Source: Eledone cirrhosa
Lineage: Eukaryota
Direction: 5' to 3'
Assembly: GCA_964016885.1 (NCBI GenBank)
Contig: OZ024753.1
Location: 25,172,001 to 25,236,000 of the forward strand
DNA: 64,000 bases
Positions 14,631 through 31,347 of this stretch are shown one piece after another. Positions within the stretch are counted from its first letter, which is position 1; each line of letters starts with the position of its first letter. The translations under genes and the position numbers were made by a program. Under the pieces are notes generated by a model that saw only the letters and a program-made list of their open reading frames with translations, had not been told where the DNA came from and ran no database searches.

Positions 14631-17600
14631 AAACATGATAGTAATAACTCCAACCAAGACATAGAAACATGATAGTAATAACTCCAGTCAAGATATAGAA
14701 ACATGATAGTAATAACCCCAATCAAGTTATAGAAACATGATAGTAATAACTCCAACCAAGACATAGAAACATGATAGTAATAACTCCAACCAAAATATGG
14801 AAACATGATAGTAATAACTGCAATCAAGACATAGAAACAGGATAGTAATAACTCCAACCAAGACATAGAAACAGGATAGTAATAACTCCAACCAAGACAT
14901 AGAAACATGATAGTAATAACTCCAACCAAGATATAGAAACAGGATAGTAATAACTCCAACCAAGATATAGAAACAGGATAGTAATAACTCCAGCCAAGAT
15001 ATAGAAACAGGATAGTAATAACTCCAACCAAGACATAGAAACAGGATAGTAATAACTCCAACCAAGACATAGAAACAGGATAGTAATAACTCCAACCAAG
15101 ATATAGAAAGATGATAGTAATAACTCCAACCAAGATATAGAAACATGATAGTAATAACTCCAACCAAGACATAGAAACAGGATAGTAATAACTCCAACCA
15201 AGACATAGAAACAGGATAGTAATAACCCCAGACAAGACATAGAAACAGGATAGTAATAACTCCAGACAAGACATAGAAACATGATAGTAATAACTCCAAC
15301 CAAGATATAGAAACATGATAGTAATAACTCCAACCAAGACATAGAAACAGGATAGTAATAACTCCAACCAAGACATAGAAACAGGATAGTAATAACTCCA
15401 GACAAGACATAGAAACAGGATAGTAATAACTCCAGACAAGACATAGAAACATGATAGTAATAACTCCAGCCAAGACATAGAAACATGATAGTAATAATCC
15501 CGACAAGATATAGAAACATGATAGTAATAACTCCAGTCGAGACATAGAAACATGATAGAAATAACTCCAGTCAAGATATAGAAACATGATAGTAATAACT
15601 CCAGTCAAGATATAGAAACATGATAGTAATAACTCCAATCAAGACATAGAAACATGATAGTAATAACTCCAGTCTAGATATAGAAACATGATAGTAATAA
15701 CTCCAGTCAAGATATAGAAACATGATAGTAATAACTCCAACCAAGACATAGAAACATGATAGTAATAACTCCAGTCAAGATATAGAAACATAATAGTAAT
15801 AACTCCAATCAAGGTATAGAAACATGATAGTAATAACTCCAGTCAAGATATAGAAACATGATAGTAATATCTCCAGCCAAGATATAGAAACATGATAGTA
15901 ATAACTCCAACCAAGACATAGAAACATGATAGTAATAACTCCAACCGAGACATAGAAACAGGATAGTAATAACTCCAACCAAGATATAAAAACAGAATAG
16001 TAATAACTCCAACCAAAATATAGAAACATGATAGTAATAACTCCAAGCAAGATGTAGAAACAGGATAGTAATAACTCCAACCAAGACATAGAAACAGGAT
16101 CGTAATAACTCCAACCAAAATATGGAAACATGATAGTAATAACTGCAATCAAGACATAGAAACAGGATAGTAATAACTCCAACCAAGACATAGAAACAGG
16201 ATAGTAATAACTCCAACCAAGACATAGAAACAGGATAGTAATAACTCCAACCAAGACATAGAAACAGGATAGTAATAACTCCAGCCAAGATATAGAAACA
16301 GGATAGTAATAACTCCAACCAAGATATAGAAACAGGATAGTAATAACTCCAGCCAAGATATAGAAACAGGATAGTAATAACTCCAACCAAGACATAGAAA
16401 CAGGATAGTAATAACTCCAACCAAGACATAGAAACAGGACAGTAATAACTCCAGCCAAGATATAGAAACAGGATAGTAATAACTCCAACCAAGACATAGA
16501 AACAGGATAGTAATAACTCCAACCAAGATATAGAAACATGATAGTAATAACTCCAGCCAAGATATAGAAACAGGATAGTAATAACTCCAACCAAGACATA
16601 GAAACAGGATAGTAATAACTCCAACCAAGATATAGAAACATGATAGTAATAACTCCAACCAAGACATAGAAACAGGATAGTAATAACTCCAACCAAGATA
16701 TAGAAACATGATAATAATAACTCCAACCAAAATATAGAAACATGATAGTAATAACTCCAAACAAGATATAGAAACATGACAGTAATAACTCCAACCAAGA
16801 CATAGAAACATGATAGTAATAACTCCAGTCAAGAGATAGAAACATGATAGTAATAACTCCAACCAAGACATAGAAACATGATAGTAATAACTCCAGTCAA
16901 GATATAGAAACATGATAGTAATAACCCCAATCAAGTTATAGAAACATGATAGTAATAACTCCAACCAAGACATAGAAACATGATAGTAATAACTCCAACT
17001 AAAATATGGAAACATGATAGTAATAACTACAATCAAGACATAGAAACAGGATAGTAATAACTCCAACCAAGACATAGAAACAGGATAGTAATAACTCCAA
17101 CCAAGACATAGAAACAGGATAGTAATAACTCCAACCAAGACATAGAAACAGGATAGTAATAACTCCAACCAAGATATAGAAAGATGATAGTAATAACTCC
17201 AACCAAGATATAGAAACATGATAGTAATAACTCCAACCAAGACATAGAAACAGGATAGTAATAACTCCAACCAAGACATAGAAACAGGATAGTAATAACC
17301 CCAGACAAGACATAGAAACAGGATAGTAATAACTCCAGACAAGACATAGAAACATGATAGTAATAACTCCAACCAAGATATAGAAACATGATAGTAATAA
17401 CTCCAACCAAGACATAGAAACAGGATAGTAATAACTCCAACCAAGACATAGAAACAGGATAGTAATAACTCCAGACAAGACATAGAAACAGGATAGTAAT
17501 AACTCCAGACAAGACATAGAAATATGATAGTAATAACTCCAGCCAAGACATAGAAACATGATAGTAATAATCCCGACAAGATATAGAAACATGATAGTAA

Positions 17601-20600
17601 TAACTCCAGTCGAGACATAGAAACATGATAGAAATAACTCCAGTCAAGATATAGAAACATGATAGTAATAACTCCAGTCAAGATATAGAAACATGATAGT
17701 AATAACTCCAATCAAGACATAGAAACATGATAGTAATAACTCCAGTCTAGATATAGAAACATGATAGTAATAACTCCAGTCAAGATATAGAAACATGATA
17801 GTAATAACTCCAACCAAGACATAGAAACATGATAGTAATAACTCCAGTCAAGATATAGAAACATAATAGTAATAACTCCAATCAAGGTATAGAAACATGA
17901 TAGTAATAACTCCAGTCAAGATATAGAAACATGATAGTAATATCTCCAGCCAAGATATAGAAACATGATAGTAATAACTCCAACCAAGACATAGAAACAT
18001 GATAGTAATAACTCCAACCGAGACATAGAAACAGGATAGTAATAACTCCAACCAAGATATAAAAACAGAATAGTAATAACTCCAACCAAAATATAGAAAC
18101 ATGATAGTAATAACTCCAAGCAAGATGTAGAAACAGGATAGTAATAACTCCAACCAAGACATAGAAACAGGATCGTAATAACTCCAACCAAAATATGGAA
18201 ACATGATAGTAATAACTGCAATCAAGACATAGAAACAGGATAGTAATAACTCCAACCAAGACATAGAAACAGGATAGTAATAACTCCAACCAAGACATAG
18301 AAACAGGATAGTAATAACTCCAACCAAGACATAGAAACAGGATAGTAATAACTCCAGCCAAGATATAGAAACAGGATAGTAATAACTCCAACCAAGATAT
18401 AGAAACAGGATAGTAATAACTCCAGCCAAGATATAGAAACAGGATAGTAATAACTCCAACCAAGACATAGAAACAGGATAGTAATAACTCCAACCAAGAC
18501 ATAGAAACAGGATAGTAATAACTCCAGCCAAGATATAGAAACAGGATAGTAATAACTCCAACCAAGACATAGAAACAGGATAGTAATAACTCCAACCAAG
18601 ATATAGAAACATGATAGTAATAACTCCAACCAAGACATAGAAACAGGATAGTAATAACTCCAACCAAGATATAGAAACATGATAATAATAACTCCAACCA
18701 AAATATAGAAACATGATAGTAATAACTCCAAACAAGATATAGAAACATGACAGTAATAACTCCAACCAAGACATAGAAACATGATAGTAATAACTCCAGT
18801 CAAGATATAGAAACATGATAGTAATAACCCCAATCAAGTTATAGAAACATGATAGTAATAACTCCAACCAAGACATAGAAACATGATAGTAATAACTCCC
18901 GCCAAGATATAGAAACATGATAGTAATAACTCCAACCAAGACATAGAAACAGGATAGTAATAACTCCAACCAAGACATAGAAACAGGATAGTAATAACTC
19001 CAGACAAGACATAGAAACATGATAGTAATAACTCCAGCCAAGACATAGAAACATGATAGTAATAATCCCGACAAGATATAGAAACATGATAGTAATAACT
19101 CCAGTCGAGACATAGAAACATGATAGAAATAACTCCAGTCAAGATATAGAAACATGATAGTAATAACTCCAATCAAGACATAGAAACATGATAGTAATAA
19201 CTCCAGTCTAGATATAGAAACATGATAGTAATAACTCCAGTCAAGATATAGAAACATGATAGTAATAACTCCAACCAAGACATAGAAACATGATAGTAAT
19301 AACTCCAGTCAAGATATAGAAACATAATAGTAATAACTCCAATCAAGGTATAGAAACCTGATAGTAATAACTCCAGTCAAGATATAGTAACATGATAGTA
19401 ATAACTCCAGCCAAGATATAGAAACATAATAGTAATAACTCCAACCAAGACATAGAAACAGGATAGTAATAACTCCAACCAAGATATAGAAACAGAATAG
19501 TAATAACTCCAACCAAAATATAGAAACATGATAGTAATAACTCCAAGCAAGATATAGAAACAGGATAGTAATAACTCCAACCAAGACATAGAAACAGGAT
19601 CGTGATAACTCCAACCAAAATATGGAAACATGATAGTAATAACTGCAATCAAGACATAGAAACAGGATAGTAATAACTCCAACCAAGACATAGAAACAGG
19701 ATAGTAATAACTCCAGCCAAGATATAGAAACAGGATAGTAATAACTCCAACCAAGACATAGAAACAGGATAGTAATAACTCCAACCAAGATATAGAAACA
19801 TGATAGTAATAACTCCAGCCAAGATATAGAAACAGGATAGTAATAACTCCCGCCAAGATATAGAAACATGATAGTAATAACTCCAACCAAGACATAGAAA
19901 CAGGATAGTAATAACTCCAACCAAGACATAGAAACAGGATAGTAATAACTCCAGACAAGACATAGAAACATGATAGTAATAACTCCAGCCAAGACATAGA
20001 AACATGATAGTAATAATCCCGACAAGATATAGAAACATGATAGTAATAACTCCAGTCGAGACATAGAAACATGATAGAATTAACTCCAGTCAAGATATAG
20101 AAACATGATAGTAATAACTCCAATCAAGGTATAGAAACATGATAGTAATAACTCCAGTCAAGATATAGAAACATGATAGTAATAACTCCAACCAAGACAT
20201 AGAAACAGGATAGTAATAACTCCAACCAAGACATAGAAACAGGATAGTAATAACTCCAGACAAGACATAGAAACATGATAGTAATAACTCCAGCCAAGAC
20301 ATAGAAACATGATAGTAATAATCCCGACAAGATATAGAAACATGATAGTAATAACTCCAGTCGAGACATAGAAACATGATAGAAATAACTCCAGTCAAGA
20401 TATAGAAACATAATAGTAATAACTCCAATCAAGGTATAGAAACATGATAGTAATAACTCCAGTCAAGATATAGAAACATGATAGTAATATCTCCAGCCAA
20501 GATATAGAAACATGATAGTAATAACTCCAACCAAGACATAGAAACATGATAGTAATAACTCCAACCGAGACATAGAAACAGGATAGTAATAACTCCAACC

Positions 20601-23199
20601 AAGATATAGAAACAGAATAGTAATAACTCCAACCAAAATATAGAAACATGATAGTAATAACTCCAAGCAAGATATAGAAACAGGATAGTAATAACTCCAA
20701 CCAAGACATAGAAACATGATAGTAATAACTCCAACCGAGACATAGAAACAGGATAGTAATAACTCCAACCAAGATATAGAAACAGAATAGTAATAACTCC
20801 AACCAAAATATAGAAACATGATAGTAATAACTCCAAGCAAGATATAGAAACAGGATAGTAATAACTCCAACCAAGACATAGAAACAGGATCGTAATAACT
20901 CCAACCAAAATATGGAAACATGATAGTAATAACTGCAATCAAGACATAGAAACAGGATAGTAATAACTCCAACCAAGACATAGAAACAGGATAGTAATAA
21001 CTCCAACCAAGACATAGAAACAGGATAGTAATAACTCCAGCCAAGATATAGAAACAGGATAGTAATAACTCCAACCAAGATATAGAAACAGGATAGTAAT
21101 AACTCCAGCCAAGATATAGAAACAGGATAGTAATAACTCCAACCAAGACATAGAAACAGGATAGTAATAACTCCAACCAAGACATAGAAACAGGATAGTA
21201 ATAACTCCAGCCAAGATATAGAAACAGGATAGTAATAACTCCAACAAAGACATAGAAACAGGATAGTAATAACTCCAACCAAGATATAGAAACATGATAG
21301 TAATAACTCCAGCCAAGATATAGAAACAGGATAGTAATAACTCCAACCAAGACATAGAAACAGGATAGTAATAACTCGAACCAAGATATAGAAACATGAT
21401 TGTAATAACTCCAACCAAGACATAGAAACAGGATAGTAATAACTCCAACCAAGATATAGAAACATGATAATAATAACTCCAACCAAAATATAGAAACATG
21501 ATAGTAATAACTCCAAACAAGATATAGAAACATGACAGTAATAACTCCAACCAAGACATAGAAACATGATAGTAATAACTCCAGTCAAGATATAGAAACA
21601 TGATAGTAATAACCCCAATCAAGTTATAGAAACATGATAGTAATAACTCCAACCAAGACATAGAAACATGATAGTAATAACTCCCGCCAAGATATAGAAA
21701 CATGATAGTAATAACTCCAACCAAGACATAGAAACAGGATAGTAATAACTCCAACCAAGACATAGAAACAGGATAGTAATAACTCCAGACAAGACATAGA
21801 AACATGATAGTAATAACTCCAGCCAAGACATAGAAACATGATAGTAATAATCCCGACAAGATATAGAAACATGATAGTAATAACACCAGTCGAGACATAG
21901 AAACATGATAGAAATAACTCCAGTCAAGATATAGAAACATGATAGTAATAACTCCAATCAAGGTATAGAAACATGATAGTAATAACTCCAGTCAAGATAT
22001 AGAAACATGATAGTAATAACTCCAACCAAGACATAGAAACAGGATAGTAATAACTCCAACCAAGACATAGAAACAGGATAGTAATAACTCCAGACAAGAC
22101 ATAGAAACATGATAGTAATAACTCCAGCCAAGACATAGAAACATGATAGTAATAATCCCGACAAGATATAGAAACATGATAGTAATAACTCCAGTCGAGA
22201 CATAGAAACATGATAGAAATAACTCCAGTCAAGATATAGAAACATAATAGTAATAACTCCAATCAAGGTATAGAAACATGATAGTAATAACTCCAGTCAA
22301 GATATAGAAACATGATAGTAATATCTCCAGCCAAGATATAGAAACATGATAGTAATAACTCCAACCAAGACATAGAAACATGATAGTAATAACTCCAACC
22401 GAGACATAGAAACAGGATAGTAATAACTCCAACCAAGATATAGAAACAGAATAGTAATAACTCCAACCAAAATATAGAAACATGATAGTAATAACTCCAA
22501 GCAAGATATAGAAACAGGATAGTAATAACTCCAACCAAGACATAGAAACAGGATCGTAATAACTCCAACCAAAATATGGAAACATGATAGTAATAACTGC
22601 AATCAAGACATAGAAACAGGATAGTAATAACTCCAACCAAGACATAGAAACAGGATAGTAATAACTCCAACCAAGACATAGAAACAGGATAGTAATAACT
22701 CCAACCAAGACATAGAAACAGGATAGTAATAACTCCAGCCAAGATATAGAAACAGGATAGTAATAACTCCAACCAAGATATAGAAACAGGATAGTAATAA
22801 CTCCAGCCAAGATATAGAAACAGGATAGTAATAACTCCAACCAAGACATAGAAACAGGATAGTAATAACTCCAACCAAGACATAGAAACAGGATAGTAAT
22901 AACTCCAGCCAAGATATAGAAACAGGATAGTAATAACTCCAACCAAGACATAGAAACAGGATAGTAATAACTCCAACCAAGATATAGAAACATGATAGTA
23001 ATAACTCCAACCAAGACATAGAAACAGGATAGTAATAACTCCAACCAAGATATAGAAACATGATAATAATAACTCCAACCAAAATATAGAAACATGATAG
23101 TAATAACTCCAAACAAGATATAGAAACATGACAGTAATAACTCCAACCAAGACATAGAAACATGATAGTAATAACTCCAGTCAAGATATAGAAACATGA

Positions 23200-26100
23200 T
23201 AGTAATAACCCCAATCAAGTTATAGAAACATGATAGTAATAACTCCAACCAAGACATAGAAACATGATAGTAATAACTCCCGCCAAGATATAGAAACATG
23301 ATAGTAATAACTCCAACCAAGACATAGAAACAGGATAGTAATAACTCCAACCAAGACATAGAAACAGGATAGTAATAACTCCAGACAAGACATAGAAACA
23401 TGATAGTAATAACTCCAGCCAAGACATAGAAACATGATAGTAATAATCCCGACAAGATATAGAAACATGATAGTAATAACTCCAGTCGAGACATAGAAAC
23501 ATGATAGAAATAACTCCAGTCAAGTTATAGAAACATGATAGTAATAACTCCAGTCAAGATATAGAAACATGATAGTAATAACTCCAATCAAGACATAGAA
23601 ACATGATAGTAATAACTCCAGTCTAGATATAGAAACATGATAGTAATAACTCCAGTCAAGATATAGAAACATGATAGTAATAACTCCAACCAAGACATAG
23701 AAACATGATAGTAATAACTCCAGTCAAGATATAGAAACATAATAGTAATAACTCCAATCAAGGTATAGAAACCTGATAGTAATAACTCCAGTCAAGATAT
23801 AGTAACATGATAGTAATATCTCCAGCCAAGATATAGAAACATGATAGTAATAACTCCAACCAAGACATAGAAACAGGATAGTAATAACTCCAACCAAGAT
23901 ATAGAAACAGAATAGTAATAACTCCAACCAAAATATAGAAACATGATAGTAATAACTCCAAGCAAGATATAGAAACAGGATAGTAATAACTCCAACCAAG
24001 ACATAGAAACAGGATCGTGATAACTCCAACCAAAATATGGAAACATGATAGTAATAACTGCAATCAAGACATAGAAACAGGATAGTAATAACTCCAACCA
24101 AGACATAGAAACAGGATAGTAATAACTCCAGCCAAGATATAGAAACAGGATAGTAATAACTCCAACCAAGACATAGAAACAGGATAGTAATAACTCCAAC
24201 CAAGATATAGAAACATGATAGTAATAACTCCAGCCAAGATATAGAAACAGGATAGTAATAACTCCAACCAAGACATAGAAACAGGATAGTAATAACCCCA
24301 ACCAAGATATAGAAACATGATAGTAATAACTCCAACCAAGATATAGAAACATGATAGTAATAACTCCAACCAAGACATAGAAACAGGATAGTAATAACTC
24401 CAACCAAGACATAGAAACAGGATAGTAATAACTGCAGACAAGACATAGAAACAGGATAGTAATAACTCCAGACAAGACATAGAAACATGATAGTAATAAC
24501 TCCAACCAAGATATAGAAACATGATAGTAATAACTCCAACCAAGACATAGAAACAGGATAGTAATAACTCCAACCAAGACATAGAAACAGGATAGTAATA
24601 ACTCCAGACAAGACATAGAAACAGGATAGTAATAACTCCAGACAAGACATAGAAACAGGATAGTAATAACTCCAGACAAGACATAGAAACATGATAGTAA
24701 TAACTCCAACCAAGACATAGAAACAGGATAGTAATAACTCCAGACAAGACATAGAAACATGATAGTAATAACTCCAACCAAGACATAGAAACATGATAGT
24801 AATAATCCCGACAAGATATAGAAACATGATAGTAATAACTCCAGTCAAGAGATAGAAACATGATAGTAATAACTCCAGTCGAGACATAGAAACATGATAG
24901 TAATAACTCCAGTCAAGATATAGAAACATGATAGTAATAACTCCTGTCAAGATATAGAAACATGATAGTAATAACTCCAATCAAGACATAGAAACAGGAT
25001 CGTAATAACTCCAACCAAAATATGGAAACATGATAGTAATAACTGCAATCAAGACATAGAAACAGGATAGTAATAACTCCAACCAAGACATAGAAACAGG
25101 ATAGTAATAACTCCAACCAAGACATAGAAACAGGATAGTAATAACTCCAACCAAGACATAGAAACAGGATAGTAATAACTCCAGCCAAGATATAGAAACA
25201 GGATAGTAATAACTCCAACCAAGATATAGAAACAGGATAGTAATAACTCCAGCCAAGATATAGAAACAGGATAGTAATAACTCCAACCAAGACATAGAAA
25301 CAGGATAGTAATAACTCCAACCAAGACATAGAAACAGGATAGTAATAACTCCAGCCAAGATATAGAAACAGGATAGTAATAACTCCAACCAAGACATAGA
25401 AACAGGATAGTAATAACTCCAACCAAGATATAGAAACATGATAGTAATAACTCCAACCAAGACATAGAAACAGGATAGTAATAACTCCAACCAAGATATA
25501 GAAACATGATAATAATAACTCCAACCAAAATATAGAAACATGATAGTAATAACTCCAAACAAGATATAGAAACATGACAGTAATAACTCCAACCAAGACA
25601 TAGAAACATGATAGTAATAACTCCAGTCAAGATATAGAAACAGGATAGTAATAACTCCAACCAAGATATAGAAACAGGATAGTAATAACTCCAAACAAGA
25701 TATAGAAACATGATAGTAATAACCCCAATCAAGTTATAGAAACATGATAGTAATAACTCCAACCAAGACATAGAAACATGATAGTAATAACTCCCGCCAA
25801 GATATAGAAACATGATAGTAATAACTCCAACCAAGACATAGAAACAGGATAGTAATAACTCCAACCAAGACATAGAAACAGGATAGTAATAACTCCAGAC
25901 AAGACATAGAAACATGATAGTAATAACTCCAGCCAAGACATAGAAACATGATAGTAATAATCCCGACAAGATATAGAAACATGATAGTAATAACTCCAGT
26001 CGAGACATAGAAACATGATAGAAATAACTCCAGTCAAGTTATAGAAACATGATAGTAATAACTCCAGTCAAGATATAGAAACATGATAGTAATAACTCCA

Positions 26101-27500
26101 ATCAAGACATAGAAACATGATAGTAATAACTCCAGTCTAGATATAGAAACATGATAGTAATAACTCCAGTCAAGATATAGAAACATGATAGTAATAACTC
26201 CAACCAAGACATAGAAACATGATAGTAATAACTCCAGTCAAGATATAGAAACATAATAGTAATAACTCCAATCAAGGTATAGAAACCTGATAGTAATAAC
26301 TCCAGTCAAGATATAGTAACATGATAGTAATATCTCCAGCCAAGATATAGAAACATGATAGTAATAACTCCAACCAAGACATAGAAACAGGATAGTAATA
26401 ACTCCAACCAAGATATAGAAACAGAATAGTAATAACTCCAACCAAAATATAGAAACATGATAGTAATAACTCCAAGCAAGATATAGAAACAGGATAGTAA
26501 TAACTCCAACCAAGACATAGAAACAGGATCGTGATAACTCCAACCAAAATATGGAAACATGATAGTAATAACTGCAATCAAGACATAGAAACAGGATAGT
26601 AATAACTCCAACCAAGACATAGAAACAGGATAGTAATAACTCCAGCCAAGATATAGAAACAGGATAGTAATAACTCCAACCAAGACATAGAAACAGGATA
26701 GTAATAACTCCAACCAAGATATAGAAACATGATAGTAATAACTCCAGCCAAGATATAGAAACAGGATAGTAATAACTCCAACCAAGACATAGAAACAGGA
26801 TAGTAATAACCCCAACCAAGATATAGAAACATGATAGTAATAACTCCAACCAAGATATAGAAACATGATAGTAATAACTCCAACCAAGACATAGAAACAG
26901 GATAGTAATAACTCCAACCAAGACATAGAAACAGGATAGTAATAACTGCAGACAAGACATAGAAACAGGATAGTAATAACTCCAGACAAGACATAGAAAC
27001 ATGATAGTAATAACTCCAACCAAGATATAGAAACATGATAGTAATAACTCCAACCAAGACATAGAAACAGGATAGTAATAACTCCAACCAAGACATAGAA
27101 ACAGGATAGTAATAACTCCAGACAAGACATAGAAACAGGATAGTAATAACTCCAGACAAGACATAGAAACAGGATAGTAATAACTCCAGACAAGACATAG
27201 AAACATGATAGTAATAACTCCAACCAAGACATAGAAACAGGATAGTAATAACTCCAGACAAGACATAGAAACATGATAGTAATAACTCCAACCAAGACAT
27301 AGAAACATGATAGTAATAATCCCGACAAGATATAGAAACATGATAGTAATAACTCCAGTCAAGAGATAGAAACATGATAGTAATAACTCCAGTCGAGACA
27401 TAGAAACATGATAGTAATAACTCCAGTCAAGATATAGAAACATGATAGTAATAACTCCTGTCAAGATATAGAAACATGATAGTAATAACTCCAATCAAGA
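23200..27500. repeat. Duplication with 2,514-bp offset (74 monomers); about 1.8 kb is shared
   Basis: ORFs 23724..24980 and 26238..27494 are identical. 33-bp units at 23447/25961 and 24806/27320. Private 'cctgtc' at 24943/27457. Confidence 0.85.
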
Positions 27501-30446
27501 CATAGAAACATGATAGTAATAACTCCAGTCTAGATATAGAAACATGATAGTAATAACTCCAGTCAAGATATAGAAACATGATAGTAATAACTCCAACCAA
27601 GACATAGAAACATGATAGTAATAACTCCAGTCAAGATATAGAAACATAATAGTAATAACTCCAATCAAGGTATAGAAACATGATAGTAATAACTCCAGTC
27701 AAGATATAGAAACATGATAGTAATATCTCCAGCCAAGATATAGAAACATGATAGTAATAACTCCAACCAAGACATAGAAACATGATAGTAATAACTCCAA
27801 CCGAGACATAGAAACAGGATAGTAATAACTCCAACCAAGATATAGAAACAGAATAGTAATAACTCCAACCAAAATATAGAAACATGATAGTAATAACTCC
27901 AAGCAAGATATAGAAACAGGATAGTAATAACTCCAACCAAGACATAGAAACAGGATCGTAATAACTCCAACCAAAATATGGAAACATGATAGTAATAACT
28001 GCAATCAAGACATAGAAACAGGATAGTAATAACTCCAACCAAGACATAGAAACAGGATAGTAATAACTCCAACCAAGACATAGAAACAGGATAGTAATAA
28101 CTCCAACCAAGACATAGAAACAGGATAGTAATAACTCCAGCCAAGATATAGAAACATGATAGTAATATCTCCAGCCAAGATATAGAAACATGATAGTAAT
28201 AACTCCAACCAAGACATAGAAACAGGATAGTAATAACTCCAACCAAGATATAGAAACATGATAGTAAGAACTCCAACCAAGACATAGAAACAGGATAGTA
28301 ATAACTCCAACCAAGATATAGAAACATGATAATAATAACTCCAACCAAAATATAGAAACATGATAGTAATAACTCCAAACAAGATATAGAAACATGACAG
28401 TAATAACTCCAACCAAGACATAGAAACATGATAGTAATAACTCCAGTTAAGATATAGAAACATGATAGTAATAACCCCAATCAAGTTATAGAAACATGAT
28501 AGTAATAACTCCAACCAAGACATAGAAACATGATAGTAATAACTCCAGCCAAGATATAGAAACATGATAGTAATAACTCCAACCAAGACATAGAAACAGG
28601 ATAGTAATAACTCCAACCAAGACATAGAAACAGGATAGTAATAACTCCAGACAAGACATAGAAACAGGATAGTAATAACTCCAGACAAGACATAGAAACA
28701 TGATAGTTATAACTCCAACCAAGACATAGAAACATGATAATAATAACTCCAACCAAAATATAGAAACATGATAGTAATAACTCCAAACAAGATATAGAAA
28801 CATGACAGTAATAACTCCAACCAAGACATAGAAACATGATAGTAATAACTCCAGTCAAGATATCGAAACATGATAGTAATAACTCCAGTCAAGATATAGA
28901 AACATGATAGTAATAACTCCAGCCAAGACATAGAAACATGATAGTAATAACTCCAGTCAAGACATAGAAACATGATAGTAATAACTCCAGACAAGACATA
29001 CAAACAAGATAGTAATAACTCCAGACAAGACATAGAAACATGATAGTAATAACTCCAACCAAGATATAGAAACATGATAGTAATAACTCCAGTCAAGATA
29101 TAAAAACATGATAGTAATAACTCCAAACAAGACATAGAAACATGATAGTAATAACTCCAACCAAGACATAGAAACATGATAGTAATAACTCCAGTCAAGA
29201 TATAGAAACATGATAGTAACAACTCCAGTCAAGATATAAAAACATGATAGTAATAACTCCAAACAAGACATAGAAACATGATAGTAATAAATCCAACCAA
29301 AATATGGAAACATGATAGTAATAACTGCAATCAAGACATAGAAACAGGATAGTAATAACTCCAACCAAGACATAGAAACAGGATAGTAATAACTCCAACC
29401 AAGACATAGAAACAGGATAGGAATAACTCCAACCAAGACATAGAAACAGGATAGTAATAACTCCAGCCAAGATATAGAAACAGGATAGTAATAACTCCAA
29501 CCAAGACATAGAAACAGGATAGTAATAACTCCAACCAAGATATAGAAACATGATAGTAATAACTCCAGCCAAGATATAGAAACAGGATAGTAATAACTCC
29601 AACCAAGACATAGAAACAGGATAGTAATAACTCCAACCAAGATATAGAAACATGATAGTAATAACTCCAACCAAGATATAGAAACATGATAGTAATAACT
29701 CCAACCAAGACATAGAAACAGGATAGTAATAACTCCAACCAAGACATAGAAACAGGATAGTAATAACTGCAGACAAGACATAGAAACAGGATAGTAATAA
29801 CTCCAGACAAGACATAGAAACATGATAGTAATAACTCCAACCAAGATATAGAAACATGATAGTAATAACTCCAACCAAGACATAGAAACAGGATAGTAAT
29901 AACTCCAACCAAGACATAGAAACAGGATAGTAATAACTCCAGACAAGACATAGAAACAGGATAGTAATAACTCCAGACAAGACATAGAAACAGGATAGTA
30001 ATAACTCCAGACAAGACATAGAAACATGATAGTAATAACTCCAACCAAGACATAGAAACAGGATAGTAATAACTCCAGACAAGACATAGAAACATGATAG
30101 TAATAACTCCAACCAAGACATAGAAACATGATAGTAATAATCCCGACAAGATATAGAAACATGATAGTAATAACTCCAGTCAAGAGATAGAAACATGATA
30201 GTAATAACTCCAGTCGAGACATAGAAACATGATAGTAATAACTCCAGTCAAGATATAGAAACATGATAGTAATAACTCCAGTCAAGATATAGAAACATGA
30301 TAGTAATAACTCCAATCAAGACATAGAAACATGATAGTAATAACTCCAGTCTAGATATACAAAAATGATAGTAATAACTCCAGTCAAGATATAGAAACAT
30401 GATAGTAATAACTCCAACCAAGACATAGAAACATGATAGTAATAAC

Positions 30447-31347
30447 TCCAGTCAAGATATAGAAACATAAAAGTAATAACTCCAATCAAGGTATAGAAAC
30501 ATGATAGTAATAACTCCAGACAAGACATAGAAACATGATAGTAATAACTCCAGTCAAGATATAAAAACATGATAGTAATAACTCCAAACAAGACATAGAA
30601 ACATGATAGTAATAACTCCAGTGAAGATATAGAAACATGATAGTAATAACTCCAGACAAGATATAGAAACAGGATAGTAATAACCCCAATAAAAGACATA
30701 GAAACATGATAGGAATAACTCCAGCCAAGACATAGAAACATGATAGTAATAACTCCAGTCAAGACATAGAAACATGATAGTAATAACTCCAGACAAGACA
30801 TAGAAACATGATAGTAATAACTCCAGACAAGACATAGAAACATGATAGTAATAACTCCAACCAAGATATAGAAACATGATAGTAATAACTCCAGTCAAGA
30901 TATAAAAACATGATAGTAATAACTCCAAACAAGACATAGAAACATGATAGTAATAACTCCAACCAAGACATAGAAACATGATAGTAATAACTCCAGTCAA
31001 GATATAGAAACATGATAGTAATAACTCCAGTCAAGATATAAAAACATGATAGTAATAACTCCAAACAAGACATAGAAACATGATAGTAATAACTCCAGTG
31101 AAGATATAGAAACATGATAGTAATAACTCCAGACAAGATATAGAAACAGGATAGTAATAACCCCAATCAAGATATAGAAACATGATAGTAATAACTCCAG
31201 TCAAGATATAGAAACATGATAGTAATAACCCCAATCAAGATATAGAAACAGGATAGTAATAACTCTAGTCAAGATATAGAAACATGATAGTAATAACTCC
31301 AATCAAGGCATAGAAACATTATAGTAATAACTCCAGTCAAGAGATAG
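30447..31347. repeat. Divergent monomer block, copy 2 of 3
   Basis: 'ccccaataaaagac' at 30684 with the same marker order as 13730-14630. Confidence 0.85.
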